Source of the DNA: Cerasicoccus frondis
GTDB lineage: Bacteria > Verrucomicrobiota > Verrucomicrobiia > Opitutales > Cerasicoccaceae
Direction of reading: 5' to 3'
Assembly (NCBI RefSeq): GCF_031296915.1
Contig: NZ_JAVDPC010000003.1
Location: 77,246-141,245, forward strand
Length of the DNA stretch: 64,000 nt
Shown: positions 35,686-48,553 of the stretch, in pieces
Position numbering within the stretch: position 1 is the stretch's first letter
How the letters are laid out: every line of letters begins with the position of its first letter
Position numbers and translations under genes: made by a program
Notes under the pieces: generated by a model
What the model was told of the DNA's origin: nothing
Database searches by the model: none
What the model saw: only the letters and a program-made list of their open reading frames with translations

Positions 35686-37109
35686 AAATTACTCCCATTG
35701 CTTTTGATCACATCTTGGTACCAGTAGTAGGAATCTTTGGGGGTGCGTTTGAGCGTTTCAAAGTCAATGTGAACTAAGCCGAAACGGTGATCGTAGCCTT
35801 CGGCCCATTCAAAGTTGTCCAGCATTGACCATTGGAAATACGCAGCGACATCGACGCCGTCTTGCGCGGCGCGACGCAGTTCCGAAAGGTAGCGCGTCAG
35901 AAAATCGATGCGGTGGTAGTCGTGGCATTTGCCATCGGTGTGCACCCAGTCTCCTCCGCTGAGTCCGTTTTCCAGAATTGCGATAGGCTTGCCGTAGCGC
36001 TCGTAGAAAGTGACAGGCGTCCAGTAGAGGCTGCCGGGCGTTACTGGCCAGTGGAAGTGCGTACGAGGCGAGCCAGGGCCGTAGTCGTCCGGTTCGCGGT
36101 AGGCGATTTGGCCTTGTTCATTGCGGTAATATTCCCGGCCTGAATTATAGGTGTTCAATCCGCTGAAATCCTGAGGCTGCTGAATGATCGCCATGTCGTC
36201 TTCCCAACCTTTGGGGAGGGAGCAGCCATGCAATTTCAGGTAGTTTTCTGGATACTTTCCAAAGAAAGCAGGGTCATTCCAGACTGCTGGTTGGAACGCC
36301 ATCACGCCTGTTTCAACATAATCGAATTGATCCTCCTTGGCCTTGGCGACGACCTCGGCATCGCTGGGATCTTCCACCAGATAAGCGCCATTAGCGGTCG
36401 CCCAACCGACTTGCGCATCCTCCACGTGTTCGCGAATCTTCAAGCAGGCTTTACCGTGGGCGAGCAGGGTGTTGTGAATCATGCGCACCAGGTCGGGACG
36501 TGGGTGCTTCATGCCGGGTGCATGTTCGCCCACCTCGTGGCCCAGGCCGATGAACATCTGTGGTTCATTATGGGTAATCCAGTGCTTCACACGGTCGCCG
36601 AGTGATTTGACCGCCACTTCAGTGTAGGCTTCGAACCAGTCAGGGCTTGCCGGATTCATCCAGCCGCCTTCATAGAAAAGGTCGAGGGGATAGTCCCAGT
36701 GGAAGAGGGTGACCCAGGGCGTTATATTGGCTTCTAGCAGGGTATCGATCAGACGGTTGTAGAAATCGAGGCCTGCTTGGTTAACTGCGCCTTTTCCAGA
36801 GGGCATGATGCGAGGCCAGCTCAATGAAAGACGATAGGCTTTCAAGCCCAGTTCACTCATCAATGCGACATCCTCGGGGTAGCGGTTGAAGTGGTCACAG
36901 GCGACATTGCCTGTGTCGCCGTGTTTGACCTTGCCTGGCCAACGGGCCATGCGATCCCAGACGGACGCGCCCTTACCATCGGCATTCCAGCCGCCTTCAA
37001 TTTGATAAGACGCCGTGGCGGCGCCCCAGATCATGTCGGGTTTAAAGCTCATGGGGTTAGGTATTGGTGAAGGTTGAGGTCGAACACAAGTGTAATGCGG
37101 ATGTTCCAC
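35682..37109 (-). CDS. GH1 beta-glucosidase
   Basis: Catalytic motifs ITHNEP (acid/base) and ILENG (nucleophile). ~475 aa. Confidence 0.9.
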   Translation of the reverse strand: MEHPHYTCVRPQPSPIPNPMSFKPDMIWGAATASYQIEGGWNADGKGASVWDRMARWPGKVKHGDTGNVACDHFNRYPEDVALMSELGLKAYRLSLSWPRIMPSGKGAVNQAGLDFYNRLIDTLLEANITPWVTLFHWDYPLDLFYEGGWMNPASPDWFEAYTEVAVKSLGDRVKHWITHNEPQMFIGLGHEVGEHAPGMKHPRPDLVRMIHNTLLAHGKACLKIREHVEDAQVGWATANGAYLVEDPSDAEVVAKAKEDQFDYVETGVMAFQPAVWNDPAFFGKYPENYLKLHGCSLPKGWEDDMAIIQQPQDFSGLNTYNSGREYYRNEQGQIAYREPDDYGPGSPRTHFHWPVTPGSLYWTPVTFYERYGKPIAILENGLSGGDWVHTDGKCHDYHRIDFLTRYLSELRRAAQDGVDVAAYFQWSMLDNFEWAEGYDHRFGLVHIDFETLKRTPKDSYYWYQDVIKSNGSNF

Positions 37110-37303
37110 CGAGACCTTATCTTCTGTTATAAGCGTGATGCGGGCGCTTAATTCTTGCTCGCAGCTGGCCTAAAGAGTCGGGGCAGCGGCGCTGTTGATA
37201 TCATCCAGTTGATTTTGTTTTTTCTGAAACAAATTGCAGTGGCGTCCAAAATAACGATTGTTTTGTTAGGCAGTTCTATGTTGTTAGTTATATCGTTCTA
37301 CTC

Positions 37304-38353
37304 ATGAAGACCAAACGCAGAGCTACTATTCGCGATGTCGCCCAGGCGTCAGGCTACTCCATCTACACGGTATCGTCTGTGCTTAACAACAAGGGCGACA
37401 TTAGTGAAGCGACCAGTGAGAAAGTCCGGCAGGTTGCGCGTGAATTGAACTACGACCTTTTGGGGAACGTTTCGGCGGCTCGGCGTATGACCACGCGCTC
37501 AATCGGCATCGTCCTGCCCGAGGCTGGTTGCATGCATGATGGATTTTACAACCGTGCTGTATCGACCTTTCGCGCCATCGCTTCCAACCGTGACTACGAT
37601 TGCAAACTGTTTGCGGAGGAAGATATCACGCGTCGCTTGGACCCCTCGAAGAGCGGTGGCATTTACTCGCTGGGTTGCAAAGGGTTGGTCGTGTTTTGCC
37701 CCAAAGGCGAATATAAGAACTACATCGATGAGCTGTTGCGCAATGGCGTGGCGGTCGGGTTAATTCGGCGCAAGAATCCGAAGTTGGACGGCTTGTATCA
37801 GGCGCTAGACAATGACGAGGCATCGATGCGGGTCTTGCTCAAGTATCTTTATGAGCAAGTTGGCAGCCGTCGCATGGTGATGATGTCCAATCGGAGCCGT
37901 TCCAAAGTCTTAAGTGCGCGTGAGAAAGCATTCGTCAAATTTACGGCAGAGCATCTGGCTGATGGCGACCACATGATCGCCATCGAAAATGATTTTGCTG
38001 AAGACGCGGCGACTCTGGATGCGTTTTTCGCATTTCTGCGTCAGTCCAAAGAATCAGGGCAGACGCCCGTGGTGTCATGCTGGTCAGATTCATCTGCGTC
38101 TCGGCTGATGACGCTCATGCACCGTAATGGTTTTCGGGTGCCGGAAGATGTCATGATCACCGGTTATGACAATGATCCGTACTCCAGCCATGCGGACATC
38201 ACCACCATGAGTATTCCAATCGAGGAGATGGTGACAGCTGCGTGCCGTTATCTTTTTGAGTACCGGGAAGAGGGGGATCTGCCAGAAGCCAAGACCCAGC
38301 GCTTTAAGCATGAGCTGGTGGTGCGAGGCAGCACGAACTTAATCGGCGCTTAG
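37304..38353 (+). CDS. LacI-family transcriptional regulator
   Basis: N-terminal HTH ATIRDVAQASGYSIYTVSSVLNN plus a periplasmic-binding-fold sugar-binding domain. Confidence 0.85.
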   Translation: MKTKRRATIRDVAQASGYSIYTVSSVLNNKGDISEATSEKVRQVARELNYDLLGNVSAARRMTTRSIGIVLPEAGCMHDGFYNRAVSTFRAIASNRDYDCKLFAEEDITRRLDPSKSGGIYSLGCKGLVVFCPKGEYKNYIDELLRNGVAVGLIRRKNPKLDGLYQALDNDEASMRVLLKYLYEQVGSRRMVMMSNRSRSKVLSAREKAFVKFTAEHLADGDHMIAIENDFAEDAATLDAFFAFLRQSKESGQTPVVSCWSDSSASRLMTLMHRNGFRVPEDVMITGYDNDPYSSHADITTMSIPIEEMVTAACRYLFEYREEGDLPEAKTQRFKHELVVRGSTNLIGA

Positions 38354-38361
38354 TGACGGCT

Positions 38362-38820
38362 TTAACGGGCGAGGTCGTTCAGCTTGAGCACTTTAATGCC
38401 GCTTGAAGTCAGGATGTCTGTAGCCATGTCGTTGTCTTCCAAGTGGAGGACGAGGCCGCACTTGCCCTGTGGGCGCATCAACATCGGATAGGTGTAGTGG
38501 ATGTTGATTTCGGTCTGGGTGAGGGCGCAGGTGACATTGCGGATATCCTGCTCGGACTCGAATTCGACGACCATGACTTCATTGAGCGAGAAGGAAAGTC
38601 CCTGTTCTTCAAAGAGCGACTTGGCTGCCTCCCAATAATCCGGAATCAGCCGGATAATTGCGCTGTCCGTCGTATCGACCGTGCATATGGAAAGGATGTG
38701 GATGTCATGCTGAGCTAACTGCATGATGATGTCGTTCAATCGACCGACTTTATTATCCGCAAAAATGGAGAATTGCCGGATATAGTCATCACCCGGGCTG
38801 CGCAGTACTTCGGCACTCAT
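38362..38820 (-). CDS. ACT-domain protein (tandem ACT)
   Basis: Two ACT-like beta-alpha-beta-beta-alpha-beta units. No catalytic domain. Confidence 0.55.
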   Translation of the reverse strand: MSAEVLRSPGDDYIRQFSIFADNKVGRLNDIIMQLAQHDIHILSICTVDTTDSAIIRLIPDYWEAAKSLFEEQGLSFSLNEVMVVEFESEQDIRNVTCALTQTEINIHYTYPMLMRPQGKCGLVLHLEDNDMATDILTSSGIKVLKLNDLAR

Positions 38821-38962
38821 AAGTTTATCTGTTTAAACAGCTTAAAGCAGATTTTAAAGCATAAAGTTTCAGGCGCGGAGAATCGCATGGCACTGACTAA
38901 GAATGAATCTATACGCCTTCAGTCCGCAACCAAGGACAGCCTTATTCACTCGAATCAGCTAG

Positions 38963-39475
38963 CTAACGAGCAAGCTTGAGGTCGACCATCAGGTCGCTGG
39001 CAATGGATTCCAATTCTTCCTGAATAGCGTTACGCGCATCTTCGTTTCCACCGCTGAGTCGCATTTTGGCGCGGAATAGTGGTGCGCCGGAGTCTGGCGC
39101 AGCTTCCGTGGAAGTCGCTAATTCTTCGATATTGACGCCAGCCACCGCCAGTGCGCGGCTGATCTTTTGCACGATGCCCGGCTGGTCGCTGCCAACCAAG
39201 TCCAGGCTGAAATACGGGCCGGAGGGGCTGGGCGCACGCTCTTCGATATGCATGGTCAGTTCCAGATCGGGAACTTCACGCAGGGCGTCGCACAACGCTG
39301 CGGCTTGCTCGGTTGCGACGTGCACTTCCAGCAGGCCAACGAAACGTTGGGCCAGGTGCGCCATGCGGCTTTGTTCCCAATTGCCGCCATTATCGGCGAT
39401 GACACGGGCGAGACGCTCCACCAGGCCGGGCTGGTCGCGTCCACTGAGGGTAAGAATCAACGAGGAGTGGCTCAT
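38963..39475 (-). CDS. ACT-domain regulatory protein (GcvR-like)
   Basis: Two ACT domains, LILTLSGRDQPGLV... and LDLVGSDQPGIV.... Confidence 0.55.
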   Translation of the reverse strand: MSHSSLILTLSGRDQPGLVERLARVIADNGGNWEQSRMAHLAQRFVGLLEVHVATEQAAALCDALREVPDLELTMHIEERAPSPSGPYFSLDLVGSDQPGIVQKISRALAVAGVNIEELATSTEAAPDSGAPLFRAKMRLSGGNEDARNAIQEELESIASDLMVDLKLAR

Positions 39476-39487
39476 GGTTTGATGGGA

Positions 39488-39680
39488 AAGGAAAAAGGAA
39501 AAAGATTAAAGGAAAAAGTGGCGTGGAGGTGGTTTAGAGTGGCGAGCCTTTTGGCGCTTTCCAAACCAAACCCCACCAAGCATAGCGTAGCGCCCGAAGG
39601 CTACGCGCTCCATATCGCAAATTTGTTCAAGGGCCATGACTCCACGCCACTTTTTCCTTTAATCTTTTTCCTTTTTCCTC
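39488..39680. repeat. Long perfect inverted repeat (41-bp arms, ~111-bp spacer), MITE-like, in a divergent intergenic region
   Basis: Left arm AAGGAAAAAGGAAAAAGATTAAAGGAAAAAGTGGCGTGGAG. The right arm is its exact reverse complement. An inner 7-bp hairpin GCGTAGC/GCTACGC lies in the spacer. Confidence 0.65.
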
Positions 39681-39765
39681 CCGCGCCACGGCGCGGGCTC
39701 TCATTAAACTTTTTCATGCAAATTTGACGATCTGGTAGCATAATTGCTCTTGCTGGGCGATTGTC

Positions 39766-40773
39766 TTGCCAAGTGCGCCGATTTTGGCGTCTTTTTTATT
39801 CTCCAAGCTGATGGTTCCGACCAAACATCCATTTCCGTTCGATCCAACGTATGGCTACACGTTGGAGACTTTGTTGGAGATCACGCCTCCGCCGGAGCCT
39901 GAAGGTTTCGTCGAGTTCTGGAAGGGCGCTTATGAGCAAGCCATGAAGGTTCAGCCCAAAGCGAGCGTCGTCGATACTGGCGTCACTGAGAACGGTTGGC
40001 GCTTATTTGACGTCTATTATACATCCACCAATGGTCAGAAGATCGGCGGTTGGATGGTGGTTCCGGCCAAAGGCAAGGTGCGGCGCGGCTTCGTGGTTGG
40101 CCATGGCTATGGCGGGCGGGGCAATGGCGATACGCATTACCCGCTGGACGAATCGGCGGTTATTTTTCCGTGCATGCGGGGGCAATGGTCGCGCAGCATG
40201 AGCCCGCCGATCTCCCACGAGGCGCGATGGCACGTGCTCCACGATATCGACAAGCGAGATCGCTATGTGATTCGCGGTTGCGTGGAGGATACGTGGATCG
40301 CCGTTACGGTTCTGCTAAATCTCTACCCACAAATCGCTGGGCACATTGGTTACTTGGGCGGCAGTTTTGGCGGTGGTCTGGGCGCCTTGGCTTTGCCTTG
40401 GGACGACCGTATCAGCAAGGCGCACTTACGGGTGCCGACTTTTGGCCATCATCCGATTCGCCTGCAATGCCCAGGGCAGGGGAGTGGCGAGTCCGTGCGG
40501 AATTTCGTCAAGAAATACCCGGGCGTCGCCGAAAAGACTTTGCCATACTACGATGCGGCCATTGCCGCGACGCACATTAAGATTCCGACGCATTCCGCCT
40601 GCGCGCTCTTTGATCCCAATGTGTGCCCGCCTGGCCAATTTGCAGTCTACAACGCGCTCGCCGGCCCTAAGGCGCTTTATGTCCAGGACGCTGGCCACTT
40701 TGCCTACCCACAGGAGGCTAAGCAGAGCCAGGAAATCATGGATGAAATTTGCGCATTCTTCAAAGACCTTTAA
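39766..40773 (+). CDS. Acetyl xylan esterase / cephalosporin-C deacetylase family (CE7-like) alpha/beta hydrolase
   Basis: GGSFGGG nucleophile-elbow context and the AXE1-like N-terminal region. Confidence 0.65.
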   Translation: MPSAPILASFLFSKLMVPTKHPFPFDPTYGYTLETLLEITPPPEPEGFVEFWKGAYEQAMKVQPKASVVDTGVTENGWRLFDVYYTSTNGQKIGGWMVVPAKGKVRRGFVVGHGYGGRGNGDTHYPLDESAVIFPCMRGQWSRSMSPPISHEARWHVLHDIDKRDRYVIRGCVEDTWIAVTVLLNLYPQIAGHIGYLGGSFGGGLGALALPWDDRISKAHLRVPTFGHHPIRLQCPGQGSGESVRNFVKKYPGVAEKTLPYYDAAIAATHIKIPTHSACALFDPNVCPPGQFAVYNALAGPKALYVQDAGHFAYPQEAKQSQEIMDEICAFFKDL

Positions 40774-40812
40774 CCATTCTAAACCGACCACCACCTGACC
40801 ACCACACTGCGA

Positions 40813-41649
40813 ATGAAAACAACTGCCAAGGCGCCAAAACCAAAAGCAGCTTCCCGCGCCAAGCGGGCCAAGGCTCCTACTAAAAAAGCTGAGCCTGAAA
40901 TGATCGATACACGCCCCGAGATAAAGCGTGAATATCACAAGTGGCTCAGCCCGCGCCTGGAGCGTGACATGGAGTTGCTCGTGTTTGGCCACTCCGGAAC
41001 CAAGATCCTCATGTTCCCAACGGCCGGCGGCACGTTTTACCAATACGAAGACCTGCGCATCATCGACCGTTTGCGCGACAAAATCGCCGCTGGCCACGTG
41101 CAGGTTTACTGCTTGGACTCGATTGACGGCGAGAGCTTCTACTGCTGGTGGGCGGAACCGCGCGGGCGCATTGAGCGCCACATGAAGTATGAGCAATACA
41201 TTCTCGAGGAGGTGTTTCCGCTCATGGAATACAATTCTCCCGGCGCGCCGGTAATCTCCTTTGGCTGTAGCCTGGGCGCCTACCATGCCACCAACATTGC
41301 GCTGCGCCACCCGCATCTGTTCTGCAAACTGTGCTCATTCAGCGGTCGTTTCGACCTGACGACGCACATGAACGGGTTCCGTGATCTCTTCGATGGCTAC
41401 TACGACCAGGATGTCTATTATCACACGCCAGCGCACTTCATTCCCAACTTACGCGATCACAACGTGCTCGAAGCCATGCGCCGCATGGACATCCAGATCG
41501 TGATTGGTCGTGAGGACGCTTTTTACCGGCATAATGTCGACTTCAGCACCAGCCTCCGCCGCAAGGGCATCCCGCACAAGCTACACACATGGAACGAAGA
41601 AGCCCACCGTGGCTACTACTGGCGCCGCATGACAAGCGCCTACGTATAA
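40813..41649 (+). CDS. Putative esterase (esterase D/PF00756-like) with a Lys/Ala/Pro-rich N-terminus
   Basis: GCSLGAYHA nucleophile motif and an FSGRFD region. Confidence 0.7.
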   Translation: MKTTAKAPKPKAASRAKRAKAPTKKAEPEMIDTRPEIKREYHKWLSPRLERDMELLVFGHSGTKILMFPTAGGTFYQYEDLRIIDRLRDKIAAGHVQVYCLDSIDGESFYCWWAEPRGRIERHMKYEQYILEEVFPLMEYNSPGAPVISFGCSLGAYHATNIALRHPHLFCKLCSFSGRFDLTTHMNGFRDLFDGYYDQDVYYHTPAHFIPNLRDHNVLEAMRRMDIQIVIGREDAFYRHNVDFSTSLRRKGIPHKLHTWNEEAHRGYYWRRMTSAYV

Positions 41650-41758
41650 GTTGCGCCTCGCCGGAGGCGGGATGCTTGTTGTGGCATTTTGGTGAACTTG
41701 GTGAGACTGCATCACCTGCCTTGGCTCAGGGCTTGATGCGAAACGAAGTTATCGCTAG

Positions 41759-42316
41759 ATGATTCCTATGACTGAACGGCAAGCACAGTTGGAAAAACTC
41801 TGGCAAAGACACATCGACACCGAGTTTACAGAAAAAGATGAAACTGCGGCCGTCGATACCATGGTGGCAGACTGCTACGTGAACCATGTGCCGGTTATCA
41901 CTGGCGGTGTGGGGCGAGAGCACGTGGAGTATTTTTACGGCAAATATTTTATTCCGAACATGCCGGACGACGTAGAGCTCGTTCCCGTTTCACGGACCAT
42001 TGGAGACAATAGTCTGGCTGATGAATTTATCTTCAAGTGTACGCATTCGGTCCGCATGGATTGGCTGTTGCCCGGAGTCGAGGCAACGGGCAAAAAAATC
42101 GAATTGGCCAAGGTGGTTATTATTCAGTTTGAGGGAGACAAGCTGGTCAGCGAGCATATTTATTGGGATCATGCGTCCCTGCTCGTACAGGTGGGCTTGC
42201 TCGATCCGAACTTGTTGCCGACGGCCGGGGCTGAATGTGCACGTAAGGTGTTGGATCCGTATTCTGTGCCCTCAAATGCGCTCATTAGACGCTATGTTGA
42301 CGATCCTAAGATTTAA
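41759..42316 (+). CDS. SnoaL-like / NTF2-fold protein
   Basis: Size and motif pattern only. Weak. Confidence 0.4.
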   Translation: MIPMTERQAQLEKLWQRHIDTEFTEKDETAAVDTMVADCYVNHVPVITGGVGREHVEYFYGKYFIPNMPDDVELVPVSRTIGDNSLADEFIFKCTHSVRMDWLLPGVEATGKKIELAKVVIIQFEGDKLVSEHIYWDHASLLVQVGLLDPNLLPTAGAECARKVLDPYSVPSNALIRRYVDDPKI

Positions 42317-42321
42317 ACTCG

Positions 42322-43107
42322 ATGCCTCACGATAATTGGTCTGCCTCAGAATACGCGGACGCTTCCTCCCTGCAATGGCGGCACGCGATGGAGGCGTTGC
42401 GTTTCATCGAGTTCAAGCCGGATGCCGCCATCTTGGACATCGGTTGTGGCGATGGGAAAATCACGCGTTGGGTCGCGGAGCAGGTTCCGCAGGGGCAGGT
42501 TGTTGGCACGGATTTAACTGCTGACATGGTGCGCTTTGCGAATAAGCGGCACGCGGGGGTTCCCAATCTTTGCTTCGAGCAAATGAGCGGTGAAGCGCTG
42601 ACTTTCGACGCCGCATTCGACCACGTCATTTCCTTCAGTTGCTTTCACTGGATGCGGGATCAGCCAGCTGTTTGGGCTGGAGTCCACCGTGCGCTGAAAC
42701 CGGGAGGCAAGGCGTTGGTTGGGTTTCAGGCGAATCAAGAACACTTCTGGACGACGGTTGAGGCAGTTGTGAATTCAGCTAAATGGCGCTCCAGCTTTGA
42801 CGATTTTTCTGATCCCTACAACCACTTCACACTCAGTGAGATGCGAAGTTATATTGAAGGTTCCGGACTGTTCCTGAAACGCATTGAGGAAATCCACGCG
42901 CTTGATGAATGGCCTTCGCGTGAGCATCTATTTCAATTCCTGCTGAGCTGGGTTCCGCAAATTCGACATTTGCAAGGCGCTGAACGTCAGGACTTTGCCC
43001 AGGAAGTTCTGGATCGTTATTTGGAGTCCATCGATCCGGAGATGCGGCGGCGTCACGCGATGCGGATGCGGCGATTTATCATCGTGGCGGAGAAGGCGCT
43101 CCAGTAG
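42322..43107 (+). CDS. Class I SAM-dependent methyltransferase (trans-aconitate methyltransferase-like)
   Basis: Motif I LDIGCGDGKIT. Confidence 0.75.
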   Translation: MPHDNWSASEYADASSLQWRHAMEALRFIEFKPDAAILDIGCGDGKITRWVAEQVPQGQVVGTDLTADMVRFANKRHAGVPNLCFEQMSGEALTFDAAFDHVISFSCFHWMRDQPAVWAGVHRALKPGGKALVGFQANQEHFWTTVEAVVNSAKWRSSFDDFSDPYNHFTLSEMRSYIEGSGLFLKRIEEIHALDEWPSREHLFQFLLSWVPQIRHLQGAERQDFAQEVLDRYLESIDPEMRRRHAMRMRRFIIVAEKALQ

Positions 43108-43109
43108 CG

Positions 43110-43709
43110 TCAGTTGCCGTTTTGCATTTCCATAATCAGGACTGGATATGGCATTGGGCGAAACAGTCTCGGGTATTCGTAGACCGTTACATCGGAAAAG
43201 ACGGTGCGGGCTAATGCTTCAAAATCCTCACGTGGGCGAACAAACTTGCCACGGTCCATATTGAGAAACGTTTTTTCCAGCCAGGACTCTGACGCGAGGT
43301 GACAGCCGTCGAGCGTGAACATCTTTGCGCCTGGCTTGAGGGCCTTCGCTCCCACGCTCAGCAGGCCGAGCACCTGATCGTCTGGCAGGTGGTGAAGCAC
43401 GCCCGTGCTATGAACGACATCAAATTGCCCGGCTTCTAAAAAGTTTTCAGTCGTGAGTATTTTACAGGTATACTGCCCTGGTTGCTCGCGATTGGCCTGC
43501 TCGATATACGCTTCGGACGGATCGTAACCATGGTAATCAACGTCGGGGAAGAAACTGCGCATGGCGCCGGTGCCGCAACCGATATCGAGCACCCGCTGTC
43601 CAGGCTGAGGCCGCACATGTTCGCGAATGAAGTGCTCGCGCGCCCGCGTGCCGCCTGCTACCTGCTGAAACCAATCATAGACCTTCGGTATTTCGAGCAA
43701 TTTCTTCAT
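43110..43709 (-). CDS. Class I SAM-dependent methyltransferase
   Basis: Motif I VLDIGCGTGAM. Confidence 0.75.
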   Translation of the reverse strand: MKKLLEIPKVYDWFQQVAGGTRAREHFIREHVRPQPGQRVLDIGCGTGAMRSFFPDVDYHGYDPSEAYIEQANREQPGQYTCKILTTENFLEAGQFDVVHSTGVLHHLPDDQVLGLLSVGAKALKPGAKMFTLDGCHLASESWLEKTFLNMDRGKFVRPREDFEALARTVFSDVTVYEYPRLFRPMPYPVLIMEMQNGN

Positions 43710-43921
43710 TATAAAGTGCTCAGATGTTTCGCCGCTTAAGTGGATACGTCAACGGGGAATTCTCTCTTCTTAGCCACCCATTGCGCGTGACCGTTTACTG
43801 CTGCCGATTGAGGGCTGTGATTCAGATGAAGTTGTGAAATGCGCATTCTGGGGAGTGAAAATCGTAGCTTGCCCCTCACGCCTCGACTGCCACACTGGCT
43901 CGTTTTCAAATTTCTCGAGCC

Positions 43922-46975
<3,054 letters not shown>

Positions 46976-47144
46976 TTTACGCAGAGAAATTTAGCCGCGG
47001 ATGCACGCGGATAAACACGGATGCCATCAGCACGGAGCTGGTGGCGTTTGTTTTTTGTATAAGGGCTAAGTCTGCGAGCTCATCGCGTATGCGTCGCTTA
47101 GGCATGGACGCTGCCAGATCAGAGCATGCTCAGCTCCGCGTCAA

Positions 47145-47244
47145 TTCCTCGGCGAGGAACTGCCAGTTCCTCGGTTAGGAATCGCCAGTTCCTCGGCGAG
47201 GAGTAGCCAGTTCCTGGGCGAGGAATCGTTAGATCCTCGGGCAG
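47145..47244. repeat. Tandem array (~4.5 copies) of a 22-bp unit, each containing the palindrome TTCCTCG-GC-GAGGAA
   Basis: Units TTCCTCGGCGAGGAACTGCCAG, TTCCTCGGTTAGGAATCGCCAG, TTCCTCGGCGAGGAGTAGCCAG, TTCCTGGGCGAGGAATCGTTAG and a partial fifth. Sits in the convergent intergenic region after valS. Confidence 0.7.
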
Positions 47245-47259
47245 ACTCAGGTAGATGCT

Positions 47260-48480
47260 TTAACTATCTTCAACAGGGGCCCAGGTAAGCGAGCAAAACA
47301 AGACGGCGTCGCCGAAGAGGAAGCCGGTAAAATATTCTGGGTCGATTTTCACGCCTTGCCAGAACCAGCCGCCTGCCATGGCGCTTAGGTCCATGTATTG
47401 CGCCATCATGAGGAGCGGTTCGCGAAAGGCAAATTGCTGGCAGAGGCGGTCGGCTATTTCGGTGTTCTCTGTTGCGAGAGCTGCGCCAATCGCCATGCCC
47501 GTGGCGCTCAAACCCATATCCATCACGATTGGGCCGGAGTCATTGTCTTCCCAGCCGGCGACTCCCTGCGGGTACTCGTCGAAACCGTAGAAATTGCCGA
47601 CTTTGCGCTCCATTGAACGACGGACATTGGAGAACAACTCTTGGGCGGCTGGTGGATCGACTTGGGCGATTAGTTGGACGCGCATCATCAAATCACAACT
47701 GCGGGGTGGCTTGGGTTCGGTCGGATCGCCAAAGCCCGCAATGCTGTAGGGGAGTTGAGTCGCGGAGTCTGTGGCATTGGCGTCAATCCACGCTTGATGT
47801 CTAGTCCAGAGAGTGTCGACGGAGACGTCGGGCGTCAGTTGAGGCGCCAAGCGTAAGCCGAGTAAGCTCAAGACTGTGTCGGAATTCCAGGCATAGGTTG
47901 GGTAGGAGCGGATAGGGCCGCCCTTCGCCTCCTGCAACGCATTCGCCAGTAGTCGATTTACATGCCTGTGGCATTGATCGAGGTCTGGATCCGAGCCACC
48001 TGCACGGTGATATAGGCCGAGTGCAATTGACACGGTGCTGAGCGTCGTTGCCTGGCGTTGGTAGTCCTCCAGGTTCAGTAAATTTTCACCCGGCGCTTTA
48101 ACTATCTTCGCCGCGATGGGGAGTCCGTGCTTTAAGTATTTTTGTGCGTGTTCCAAGTGTAGACGCTGGTTCGCTGGGTCACTGACCGCAAGTTGAGTGA
48201 ACGCTATCGCGGGCAGGAAATACGGGTAAAGGTGACCTTCAGGAAAAATGCCACACTCTCGGTCTAGTCGCTGCTGGTAGGCGCGGGGAGTCGTGCTCCA
48301 GCGGGCGAAGTTACGCTGCATGAGGTCAATGGCTCGTTTACGCTGTTGGGCGCCATTGACTGTTTCCAGACTTGGCAGGGATGGGAAGGCCGTCGCTGGG
48401 TTTTCGGCGCAGAGCAGATTGGTCAAAACCAGGAGAAGGCAAAAGGGCGGAAACAGGCGCATGAGATGAAATGGTGTCAC
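47260..48480 (-). CDS. Secreted hypothetical protein
   Basis: Signal peptide MTPFHLMRLFPPFCLLLVLTNLLCA. No motif recognized. Confidence 0.5.
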   Translation of the reverse strand: MTPFHLMRLFPPFCLLLVLTNLLCAENPATAFPSLPSLETVNGAQQRKRAIDLMQRNFARWSTTPRAYQQRLDRECGIFPEGHLYPYFLPAIAFTQLAVSDPANQRLHLEHAQKYLKHGLPIAAKIVKAPGENLLNLEDYQRQATTLSTVSIALGLYHRAGGSDPDLDQCHRHVNRLLANALQEAKGGPIRSYPTYAWNSDTVLSLLGLRLAPQLTPDVSVDTLWTRHQAWIDANATDSATQLPYSIAGFGDPTEPKPPRSCDLMMRVQLIAQVDPPAAQELFSNVRRSMERKVGNFYGFDEYPQGVAGWEDNDSGPIVMDMGLSATGMAIGAALATENTEIADRLCQQFAFREPLLMMAQYMDLSAMAGGWFWQGVKIDPEYFTGFLFGDAVLFCSLTWAPVEDS

Positions 48481-48553
48481 TAACTAGACTTTAGCGACAA
48501 TTCGTTGTTCCCAAGGTTTGCCAAAGGGGATTGTTTCGATCTAGCCTATCTCC

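Noticed and set aside
37180-37303. Candidate LacI operator palindrome between the GH1 and lacI-family genes
   Set aside because: AAAATAACGATTGTTTT looked palindromic but is not a true inverted repeat on checking. No confident operator call.
39485-39530. GGAAA-rich direct sub-repeats considered as a possible CRISPR array
   Set aside because: They form the arm of a single perfect inverted repeat. There are no regularly spaced repeat-spacer units and no cas genes.
40426-41316. 296-aa minus-strand ORF spanning the two esterase genes
   Set aside because: It crosses an intergenic region and is antisense to two well-supported alpha/beta-hydrolase genes.
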